Below, piece by piece: positions 7,570 through 15,206 of a stretch of 16,418 bases of DNA. The position numbers and the translations under genes were made by a program. The first letter of the stretch is position 1. The number at the start of each line of letters is the position of its first letter. The notes under the pieces are model-generated. The model was not told where the DNA came from. It saw only the letters and a program-made list of their open reading frames with translations, and ran no database searches. Origin of the DNA: Candidatus Heimdallarchaeota archaeon (GTDB taxonomy: Archaea; Asgardarchaeota; Heimdallarchaeia; Heimdallarchaeales; Heimdallarchaeaceae); NCBI GenBank assembly GCA_018238545.1, contig JABCTC010000062.1, forward strand, positions 1-16,418, given 5' to 3'.

Positions 7570-8337
7570 TTATTTAGGCAAACCATGAATTGCGGAACCT
7601 AATGCTCCTAACAGTTGTGGTTCATCTGGAACTTTAACTTTCAAACTAGATATTTTGTTGAACATCTTGACAAGTGATTCACTCTTCGCTACACCTCCTG
7701 AAAGAATAATAGGCTGTTCAATTCGAAGGCTAGTGGCCATGGATAGAACTCTTTTTGCAATAAACTCATAAGATCCTTGTATGATCTCAGCTGCTGTGGA
7801 GCCTTGTGAAAGAAGATTAATCACTTCTGTTTGGGCAAATACAGCACATGTCTTTGATAGAGATGAAAAATTTCTTGCTTTCTTAGCTACAGTAGACATT
7901 TCTTCTATTGGTATCTGCAAAACCTGTGCAATTAACTCTAGAAAACGTCCCGTTCCTGCTGCACATTTGTCATTTAACTTGAAATCTTGCACTTTCCCGT
8001 CTTTTATTTTGATGGCTTTCGCGTCTTGCCCACCCACATCAATTAAAGTTTTGACTCCTGGAAATAAATATTCAGCTCCTATAGCCATTGCTTTAATTTC
8101 AGTTATTTGACTCCTAGCGAATTTTGATCTTTCTCTCCCATAACCTGAAGAAACAATATTACCAATTTGATATTCCTCAAGACCAGCTTTTTCCAATACT
8201 GTGTTAAAGACTTGCTTTTCTGCTTCTAACATGTTTGCTCCAGTTGGAATAATCTCATAGCTGAGTATTTTCTTTTTATCATTTAATACAGCAGCTTTAG
8301 TAGTAGTTGAACCTATATCTAACCCGATAACAAACAT
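7570..8337 (-). CDS. 2-hydroxyacyl-CoA dehydratase activase (HgdC/HadI/FldI-like, BadF/BadG/BcrA/BcrD ASKHA ATPase)
   Basis: 'GLDIGSTTTK', 'SGYGR', 'IDVGGQDAK', cluster cysteines in 'NDKCAAGTGRFLE' and 'TCAVFAQTE', 'SGGVA', 'PQLLGALGSA'. Confidence 0.95.
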   Translation of the reverse strand: MFVIGLDIGSTTTKAAVLNDKKKILSYEIIPTGANMLEAEKQVFNTVLEKAGLEEYQIGNIVSSGYGRERSKFARSQITEIKAMAIGAEYLFPGVKTLIDVGGQDAKAIKIKDGKVQDFKLNDKCAAGTGRFLELIAQVLQIPIEEMSTVAKKARNFSSLSKTCAVFAQTEVINLLSQGSTAAEIIQGSYEFIAKRVLSMATSLRIEQPIILSGGVAKSESLVKMFNKISSLKVKVPDEPQLLGALGSAIHGLPK

Positions 8338-8360
8338 ATGTTACTTCTACTGATGTAGCC

Positions 8361-8368
8361 TTTAAAAA
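8361..8368 (-). promoter_or_regulatory. Internal TATA box for the activase gene
   Basis: GAAAAG-TTTTTAAA on the minus strand, 23 nt before ATG 8337; no Shine-Dalgarno. Confidence 0.5.
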
Positions 8369-8385
8369 CTTTTCAAAATCTGCAC

Positions 8386-9639
8386 CTAAATACGTTGATC
8401 AATTAATTCTAAAAGTGCTTCTAAACGCATTTTAACCTGTTCTTCTCCAACGTTTTTAATATTACAACTATCAGAATCAATCATAACAACAGGGTAATCT
8501 TCCTTCAAGTTATCAACAATATAAGATGCGGCAGAATTCATTTGATGACATCCCCAGGTGGTCATGTAAACTATACCATCAAATCGGTGTTTGCTCAAAC
8601 GTTTTCTTATTATGTCTAGCCTTTTCTCGATTGGTACATTCGAATAAGCTGACAGATATTTTTCTGCAACTTCTTCAATAGGATCATCGCTTCTCGAAGG
8701 CGATGGAACCGTACTCTCCATAAATTCTTGATAACCTATGAAAGCATTTCTTTCTGCTAAGAAATATTGAAGTTTTCTCAAAGGTACGATTGGATGTCCA
8801 ATCCAAGCAATTCTCTTAGATGAATCGTCCATTTCTGGGAATTTTAGATAGTCAAAATCTTTTATTGCCTTATCGAAATACTTCTCAACTACTTTTAGAT
8901 CCCCTACGTAATCTGCTAATATTGAAGAAATAGCTGTAAAATGACCTTCGTAGAGCTTTGTTGGAATTTCAGCTTTAAGGTGAATAATTTTCTCGTATTT
9001 TTGATAAACTTCCCTATAATGAGAATTAAGTCTTCTCAATTCCTCTTTTTCAAATTTTAATCCTGTTTCTTTTTCGCAAAACTCAATTAATCCATGCAGT
9101 TCATCTTTGAAATATTCTAACTTCTCTTTCTCTCCTGAGTAATTTCTAGGAATATCTATCGCATAGTATTTTGTTTTAAACATCTTTGCTAGAATGCGTA
9201 ATGAATGATATTGATCCTCACAACCTGTTGGAGTCCCACCCAAAATAATTTTTGATTTCGGAAGAATGTTTTGTGAAAATATCCCAACAGATGCATGATG
9301 AAAACTGCATGAATCAGCTGATAATCCTATCTGAAAAGCTCTTTCAAAAGCATCTGGTATTAATCCAGGTACTCTTGCGTAATTACTCCCAAATATCTCT
9401 GTAGTGAATGGTAGTAAATTCATTGAATATAGTATTTCCACAGGATACACAAAAGGCACCCAAGCTACTCGATCAGGATTTCTGTAACATTCTCTCATGA
9501 ACTTAGAATATTGTTCGTAGATTATTTGATCTGACTTAATTTTTGTCAACCATGAAGCTACAGTAGAAGCTGTGAATCTTACTGGTTTTATCATCAAATG
9601 CTTGAAAGAGAATCTTATTAATTTACTTGCATCCATCAC
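8386..9639 (-). CDS. 2-hydroxyacyl-CoA dehydratase family subunit (HgdA/B, FldB/C, BcrB/C fold)
   Basis: 'PVEILYSMNLLP', three spaced Cys ('SADSCSFH', 'TGCED', 'WGCHQ'), 'IDIP', 'FDGIV', and C-terminal 'EQVKMRLEALLE'. ATGA overlap with the upstream gene. Confidence 0.9.
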   Translation of the reverse strand: MMDASKLIRFSFKHLMIKPVRFTASTVASWLTKIKSDQIIYEQYSKFMRECYRNPDRVAWVPFVYPVEILYSMNLLPFTTEIFGSNYARVPGLIPDAFERAFQIGLSADSCSFHHASVGIFSQNILPKSKIILGGTPTGCEDQYHSLRILAKMFKTKYYAIDIPRNYSGEKEKLEYFKDELHGLIEFCEKETGLKFEKEELRRLNSHYREVYQKYEKIIHLKAEIPTKLYEGHFTAISSILADYVGDLKVVEKYFDKAIKDFDYLKFPEMDDSSKRIAWIGHPIVPLRKLQYFLAERNAFIGYQEFMESTVPSPSRSDDPIEEVAEKYLSAYSNVPIEKRLDIIRKRLSKHRFDGIVYMTTWGCHQMNSAASYIVDNLKEDYPVVMIDSDSCNIKNVGEEQVKMRLEALLELIDQRI

Positions 9640-10682
9640 ACTTCCCTCCTATCGAACAAACATTCTTGAAAAGCTTGAAGTCTTGTTTTAACCTGTTCAA
9701 AACCTAATCCTTCGCTCTCAAGTTCGATTTCCAATATAGGTAAATCAAAATCTGGGATCTGTTTTATCAAAGGTGCAAGGAAAGTATAAACATCACAGAA
9801 TTTGTAATTTAAGATGATGATTCCTTCAATATTATTCTGTTCAACTAGATCAATAATTACGTCTACGTCAAAATCTAGTAGGGATGGACTAAATTTACCT
9901 TTTATAGTATTTAGAACAACAAAATCAATGTAAGACTTCAAATCTTCTATAGAAGTTTCCTTGAGCTCTTGGTAGATAAAACCTAACCCATTTTCAAACG
10001 TATCCTTTTTTATTTCAAACAATCCATCCATTTCTTCTAAGATTAAAGAAATTTCTTCACACCAAAATTCTCCTAATATCAAAATAGATGGTTTATCGAT
10101 CTTAGTTTCATTTGCTACTCCACTACTACTAATTTTCCTGTCTATCTCATTCTTAATTTGTTGAAATGTTGCGGCATCCCTATCTAGAATTATATGAACT
10201 AAAGAGAGTAAATTCACATATTTCAACTGTTTTTTAATGTGTAATTCTTTCAAATATTTTGTTAGTTTCTGCCTATCTTTAATTTCTTGTTTCAGCTGAT
10301 CTATTGAGACAGATTTTAGTGAAGGATCATCGTTAATATAATTTTCAATTTGCTTCTCTAGATAGACTTGGGCATGTTTTCTACTACTTCGTGGAATTTC
10401 TATGAAATCATGATCGCAAATTTCGTCTAATAAAGAATGAAATCTATTGAGTTCTGAACAATGACTTAAGAGTAAGAGTTTGTCTTTGCTATCTCTAATC
10501 TTAGGTACTATGGTAGTATAGATGTGCTTGCTGAGTTGACAATATTGTTGAGGAAGAAAATTAATCTCATCGAAACTTCTTAACTCGCTGATATTCCATA
10601 TATGTTTTACATCGTAATCAGCTAATCTAAGTAACTCGTCGATTGGAGAGGAGCTCAGAATAAAGGAAGTAGATTTCATCAA
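9636..10682 (-). CDS. 2-hydroxyacyl-CoA dehydratase family partner subunit (divergent)
   Basis: 'PIDELL', Cys motifs 'LPQQYCQ', 'SHCSE', 'KFCD', plus 'IEGII' and 'EQVKTRLQAFQE'. TATA TTTTTATA at 10716-10709. Confidence 0.85.
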   Translation of the reverse strand: MMKSTSFILSSSPIDELLRLADYDVKHIWNISELRSFDEINFLPQQYCQLSKHIYTTIVPKIRDSKDKLLLLSHCSELNRFHSLLDEICDHDFIEIPRSSRKHAQVYLEKQIENYINDDPSLKSVSIDQLKQEIKDRQKLTKYLKELHIKKQLKYVNLLSLVHIILDRDAATFQQIKNEIDRKISSSGVANETKIDKPSILILGEFWCEEISLILEEMDGLFEIKKDTFENGLGFIYQELKETSIEDLKSYIDFVVLNTIKGKFSPSLLDFDVDVIIDLVEQNNIEGIIILNYKFCDVYTFLAPLIKQIPDFDLPILEIELESEGLGFEQVKTRLQAFQECLFDRREV

Positions 10683-10725
10683 GAAGCAGAAAACAAAACT
10701 CCTACTAATATAAAAAACTTGTATG

Positions 10726-11661
10726 TCAGTTTAACCTTCTTCTTCTCTTAATAACAGCAATTAGCACAAATGCAATTAGCACTCCGATAACTGTGAATAT
10801 CGAGAGATAGCTTCCTTCAAATGTAACCAAATCAATGGTCAGTTGAGTTTCTTTCAGTAAGATACTTTCTCCACTACTATTTGAGTAGAGTTTACCTGAA
10901 TCAGTAACTGAGTGCAAGACACCATTTGAAGTATAACAGTATGTTAAATCATGATTTTCATAAACAGTCATATAACCAAAATACACTCCACCTGTAAACT
11001 GAATTTCAATTTGGTGCCCGCTATATCTTCGTCCATTTTTCCAAAATGATTTTGAATAGTCGCAGTTTATTGTAGTGAACTCAGCGTAATCACTGTAATC
11101 GGTTTTGAAATTAAATGTCTCTGCTAAGGTTGGCAAGAAAATACCGAAAATTCCATGCCAGAAGTAATTTGACCAGAATAGCTTAATCATGTCAAAGGGT
11201 ATGGTATAATCGTAAATGTTAGCAAAAATCTTTTCCTCCCCGTCTAAGATATAATAACATTCTGTAGTTTCATTATATCTATAACCTAACTTAATTGTTT
11301 CAGTTATTGGATCATAATCGAATTGTTTGTAAATTGTATAATTATAACACTCTTCATCCCAACATTCAATGAACTCTAGAGGACTCCTGCATTCTGAGGT
11401 TCTAAAAAATAAATCAGTTCCCTTAGTTGTGAAGTTATAGAAAAAAAAAGTATCTGTCTTAGTCTCCAATCTACTAACGTCCTCAGGATTAAAGATATTA
11501 TAAATAGTTGATTTTTTTAAATAATCGTACTCGTATTCGTCTTGATACTCACCCCAAAGACTGCTAGAATCAGCTGTTGTAAGATGAATCAAAGGGTAAT
11601 AGGAAGAGGATGTGATTAGGATGATACATACTATTCTTAGATATTTCATTTGACCCATCAA
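10726..11661 (-). CDS. Exported Tyr-rich protein with signal peptide and C-terminal TM plus basic tail (start may be 11658 or 11649)
   Basis: 'MKYLRIVCIILITSSS...TTA' N-terminus and 'IFTVIGVLIAFVLIAVIKRRRRLN' C-terminus. TTTATAA at 11703-11697. No family recognised. Confidence 0.8.
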   Translation of the reverse strand: MMGQMKYLRIVCIILITSSSYYPLIHLTTADSSSLWGEYQDEYEYDYLKKSTIYNIFNPEDVSRLETKTDTFFFYNFTTKGTDLFFRTSECRSPLEFIECWDEECYNYTIYKQFDYDPITETIKLGYRYNETTECYYILDGEEKIFANIYDYTIPFDMIKLFWSNYFWHGIFGIFLPTLAETFNFKTDYSDYAEFTTINCDYSKSFWKNGRRYSGHQIEIQFTGGVYFGYMTVYENHDLTYCYTSNGVLHSVTDSGKLYSNSSGESILLKETQLTIDLVTFEGSYLSIFTVIGVLIAFVLIAVIKRRRRLN

Positions 11662-11753
11662 GAGTTTATTTTCACGATAGAATAGGTAATAATGACTTAT
11701 AAATCTGCTCTATTTTAGATTTTTTCACTTACACAAATGACTCTCTTATCGAC

Positions 11754-11761
11754 TTTAAATA
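11754..11761 (+). promoter_or_regulatory. TATA box with no adjacent protein gene (candidate ncRNA promoter)
   Basis: TTTAAATA 21 nt before the first hairpin at 11783, the same spacing seen at leaderless genes in this window. Confidence 0.5.
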
Positions 11762-11782
11762 CTCAATTCTCCATAGGAAAAT

Positions 11783-11894
11783 GAGAGAAGTTTCTTTCTA
11801 GAGACCTCTCTTCCACAGGGGGGAAGTTAAATTCCCCCAACCCAAACCAAACCTTCATTCACACCCGAAGAGGGGGTTAATTCCCCCTATTTTT
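11783..11894 (+). ncRNA. Candidate structured small RNA or regulatory leader, unassigned family
   Basis: Hairpins at 11783-11810, 11819-11838 and 11871-11888, a C/A-rich linker at 11839-11853, and T5 at 11890-11894. GC-enriched relative to its flanks. Confidence 0.55.
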
Positions 11895-12037
11895 CCATTT
11901 GAACCAATCAAAAAGAAACTCAGATTTCAATGTAAAAACTAGACAATTAAATTTTCTTTACTTTACACAAAATTGATAAAGATTTAATTCAGTGTCATAG
12001 TAGCCAAGAAATTCTTCACAAGTTGAGGTTTGATAAA

Positions 12038-12655
12038 ATGAAGAAAAAAGCAATTCTGTTTAGTCTATTCCTAACGCTTCTTATAACACCTCATATCGGT
12101 CAAGCTCTTTCTTTTAGCTACGTTCATGGTTCTTTAATCGAAGATAGACGTTACGGTTTAGTCAATTTCATCATAGAAGAAGGTTACTATTTCCTTGTTA
12201 TAGACAATACAGGAGTAGTAACAGACAATTATGATAGATTAGATTCTTATGTTATATATGAGATGAGTTTCTCAGAAGAAGGTTTAGAAACTATTGAAGG
12301 ATCTGGTACTGTAGCACAAGACAATTATTTTGTTATCTCATTCAACTTTGAACTATCAGGAGTGTATGTAACAGAATGCAGGATTGAAACCCATTGCTCA
12401 AATGATGTTTCAGCTTTTATAACAGATTACCTTGGTTTAGCTGAATACTATGATGAGGTAGGAAGAATAGACATTAATGTTAAACGTCAGCTGATTTACA
12501 CTATTATAGGTGTAGGGGGGGCTATTGCTATTGGTATTGGTGTCACAACTTTCTTTATATTACGAAAGATTAACAGACAAGATTCCGTCATAAAAGAACT
12601 TCTCTCTGGAAAAGTAAGGGATGAAGATGAAGAAAAACAAAGAAACGTAGCGTAA
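12038..12655 (+). CDS. Single-pass membrane/surface protein with signal peptide (ORF track start 12023; ATG 12038 preferred)
   Basis: GAGGT Shine-Dalgarno at 12025-12029; 'MKKKAILFSLFLTLLITPHIGQA' signal; TM 'LIYTIIGVGGAIAIGIGVTTFFIL' with GxxxG-like spacing; charged cytoplasmic tail. Confidence 0.8.
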   Translation: MKKKAILFSLFLTLLITPHIGQALSFSYVHGSLIEDRRYGLVNFIIEEGYYFLVIDNTGVVTDNYDRLDSYVIYEMSFSEEGLETIEGSGTVAQDNYFVISFNFELSGVYVTECRIETHCSNDVSAFITDYLGLAEYYDEVGRIDINVKRQLIYTIIGVGGAIAIGIGVTTFFILRKINRQDSVIKELLSGKVRDEDEEKQRNVA

Positions 12656-12662
12656 AAAAAAA
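12654..12662 (-). terminator. Oligo-T terminator for the propeller gene
   Basis: A9 on the + strand (T9 on minus), about 20 nt after the stop at 12683, between convergent genes. Confidence 0.5.
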
Positions 12663-12682
12663 GAAAGTTGTAGAAGAGTTAA

Positions 12683-15118
12683 TTATCTCTTCCTTTTACT
12701 TATATAAACAATACATGCTATTACTGGGAATAAAATCAGAGCAGTAAGTGCAGAATATTCTCCGACAACTACATTATCAATTTCTATAGATTGCGAAGTC
12801 GTATTCATTAAACCATTCCAATCTGTTACATAAACTGTTAAAGTATAATCTCCATTGTCATATTGAGTTGTATCAACATTGATTGAAAGGACAACTTCAC
12901 TCATCGCCACCCAAATTGCTCTCCAAGTTGAGTTCCACAGTTCCACAGTTATATTTTTGATACCTGAATAATCTTTTCCTGATGTCTCAAAAGCAAAATT
13001 TCCAGAGACATAAACAAACTGATCAATTTCTATCTCAGGTAATTTGTCATCAAAGTTGAGATCATAAACATTCAAACCCAAATAAGTTCCAATGTACATT
13101 TTTCCTGTTATTGGACTATAGTCTGCACGAGCAACAAAAAGGCTAGACAAACCTTCTGATTCACCTTCAAATTTTATCTCCTCATTAGTCATGTTATAAA
13201 GATAAATGCCTCTATTGGACGTGAACATAATTTCATTAGTTTCTGAAATATGCACTATATCATTAATCGTAGGTATCCATAAAGCAGCTTGAGTGAAATC
13301 CTCAAAAGTTTCTGTAATTGGATCAAAGATTTTTACATGGGGAGATTGTTCTAGACCTACCCATATTTTACCATCTATCCATGTTAATGAACGAATATCC
13401 CACTCTTCAACCTCTCCAAAAGTTTTAATAACTTCACGAGTTGTAAGGTTGAACATTACCAGGCTTTTGTTAGTTGCAATGTAGAGAACGTCTCTTGTTG
13501 GGTCGTGCAAGACTTCGTTTAATTCCAGATCAGTTCTATCATAGCCTAAATCATGAACTGAATAGTTACCAGTTTGCCAATTATAGATAATTAGAGAACC
13601 GTTACCATTTTCATCTCTACCAACTGAATAGTAAATCACAGATTCATTAGGGGAAGAAGATATGTCACGGATATGATTGTACTCATCTAATGGGAGAATT
13701 GTGCTCATATCAGTTACACCATCGTTAGAGATATTGTATAAGTACCGATGATGGAACATTAATCGAGAATTAACTAATAATTCACCAGCAGTGTTTCCAC
13801 CAGCACCAGGAACGTTTAACAGATATTCAAGGTTATCTTCATTCGCGGAATATATACTGAATCTGTTTAGACCCAGCAAAGTAGAAACATAAACAGTTTC
13901 ATCTATAGGATCGTAATGAACATCAGAAGCCATATTATGATACATACCTAAAATTGGACCACTCCATACAGTGTTACTTGCAGGAGTGAGGGGATCAACA
14001 AAAGTCAATATTTGTAATCTTTGTATTGAACCAAGTATTGCTTCGTTTGTCAACTCGTTTATCTCAACGCTTGCTAAAAGTCCCTCAACTGAGTAATCTG
14101 CAGTTATATAAGGTATACTAGAAGAACCACCAGTTCCTTGAGCAGAACGAGCTACTCCTTCAATTGAGGAGGCATTGAAAATATATAAACCACATTCGGT
14201 ATTAGCACTAATGAATGAAGCTATATATCCAAGTTCTCTACTAGAATCAAACGCTATGTCAATAATAGGAAGAGGATTATAACCTACTTCTGTCAAGTTA
14301 TATGTTTCAACGGTTTCATTTTCAAAAATGACTGTTAATCCTCCAGCTAATCCAGTATTCGGTGTTGGATCCTTTGTTGTGATAAATGTTCTATTTTCTG
14401 TTGGATAGTATTTCACTAAACTGACTTCATTGTAAGGTAAACCATCAGTTGTAGTATACTTTTGTGAAGTATTTGTTAGCATATCTATCCAGTAAAAACC
14501 GTCTTCAGCACCAATAAACAGATAATTATCAGATATATCTAGAGTAATAATTCCAGATGAAGGGACAGGATAACCAGATGTGTCAAGAAATGCGCCCTTA
14601 ATTGGGTCATAAGCGCTGACACCATCATTACTACTTATCCAAGCTATATTAGTATCGTGATCAACTACAACATTTTTTGTTAAGTCGAAAACACCAAAAT
14701 TACCTGTAGCAATATTTGTTGCTTGTAGAGGGAAAACAGAATAATTTAGGATATCCACACTACCTATTGTAGAGATGTACAAGAGTTTGAGGTCTTTGTC
14801 AATTTCTATGTCAAAAATTGTAGCTTCAGATAAACCTATCTCTATACCATAATGAGAGGAATTTAATAGGTCATCTAATTGAAAGAGTGCTAAACCTTTG
14901 TAAGAATTTGTGAATATCAGGTTATCTTCTTCGCTGATTGCCAAAGCAGTATATCCTGGATTCCCATAAATTTGATCAAATGCATCATTAACATCATTCA
15001 ATACTGACGTGAGATTTTGATCATCATAAGTAAGTCCTTTAGTAAAATCATGAGTTGGTAGAAAACCTAACGTTCCTAACAAAATGAACACTAAAAGAGC
15101 AGAATTACTTCTTTTCAT
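12683..15118 (-). CDS. Cell-surface beta-propeller repeat protein with C-terminal Ig-like domain and sorting-signal-like anchor
   Basis: Signal peptide; propeller-type repeats ('GLSEATIFDI', 'GLPYNEVSLV', 'GMYHNMASDV', 'GLSSLFVARA', 'LYIATNKSL', 'MYIGTYLGLNVYD'); Ig-like 'DYSGIKNI...NGDYTLTVYVTDWNG'; end 'VVGEYSALTALILFPVIACIVYISKRKR'. TATA at 15150-15143. Confidence 0.88.
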   Translation of the reverse strand: MKRSNSALLVFILLGTLGFLPTHDFTKGLTYDDQNLTSVLNDVNDAFDQIYGNPGYTALAISEEDNLIFTNSYKGLALFQLDDLLNSSHYGIEIGLSEATIFDIEIDKDLKLLYISTIGSVDILNYSVFPLQATNIATGNFGVFDLTKNVVVDHDTNIAWISSNDGVSAYDPIKGAFLDTSGYPVPSSGIITLDISDNYLFIGAEDGFYWIDMLTNTSQKYTTTDGLPYNEVSLVKYYPTENRTFITTKDPTPNTGLAGGLTVIFENETVETYNLTEVGYNPLPIIDIAFDSSRELGYIASFISANTECGLYIFNASSIEGVARSAQGTGGSSSIPYITADYSVEGLLASVEINELTNEAILGSIQRLQILTFVDPLTPASNTVWSGPILGMYHNMASDVHYDPIDETVYVSTLLGLNRFSIYSANEDNLEYLLNVPGAGGNTAGELLVNSRLMFHHRYLYNISNDGVTDMSTILPLDEYNHIRDISSSPNESVIYYSVGRDENGNGSLIIYNWQTGNYSVHDLGYDRTDLELNEVLHDPTRDVLYIATNKSLVMFNLTTREVIKTFGEVEEWDIRSLTWIDGKIWVGLEQSPHVKIFDPITETFEDFTQAALWIPTINDIVHISETNEIMFTSNRGIYLYNMTNEEIKFEGESEGLSSLFVARADYSPITGKMYIGTYLGLNVYDLNFDDKLPEIEIDQFVYVSGNFAFETSGKDYSGIKNITVELWNSTWRAIWVAMSEVVLSINVDTTQYDNGDYTLTVYVTDWNGLMNTTSQSIEIDNVVVGEYSALTALILFPVIACIVYISKRKR

Positions 15119-15171
15119 ATATTACTTCAGCCCCGACTTAAATATAAATACATATCATATCGGTAAAATAC

Positions 15172-15191
15172 AAGAAAAAAGGGTAAAAGGG
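15172..15191 (-). terminator. Pyrimidine/oligo-T tract after the 15207-16388 gene
   Basis: Minus strand CCCTTTTACCCTTTTTTCTT, ~15-35 nt after the stop. Confidence 0.4.
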
Positions 15192-15206
15192 AAGAATATT
15201 CCTAAC

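Noticed and set aside
8386-10682. Double-cubane cluster protein or PlsA-type ether-lipid enzyme
   Set aside because: Each subunit shows only the three-Cys pattern of single-cubane dehydratase subunits, and the activase is a separate single-domain protein.
11441-11449. A9 tract in the surface-protein gene (also A8 at 737-744 in tnpB) as a phase-variation site
   Set aside because: Both frames are intact and such runs are expected at this AT content.
11763-11858. 31-codon minus-strand ORF (MKVWFGLGEFNFPP...) across the structured island
   Set aside because: No recognisable protein features; the composition is explained by the hairpins.
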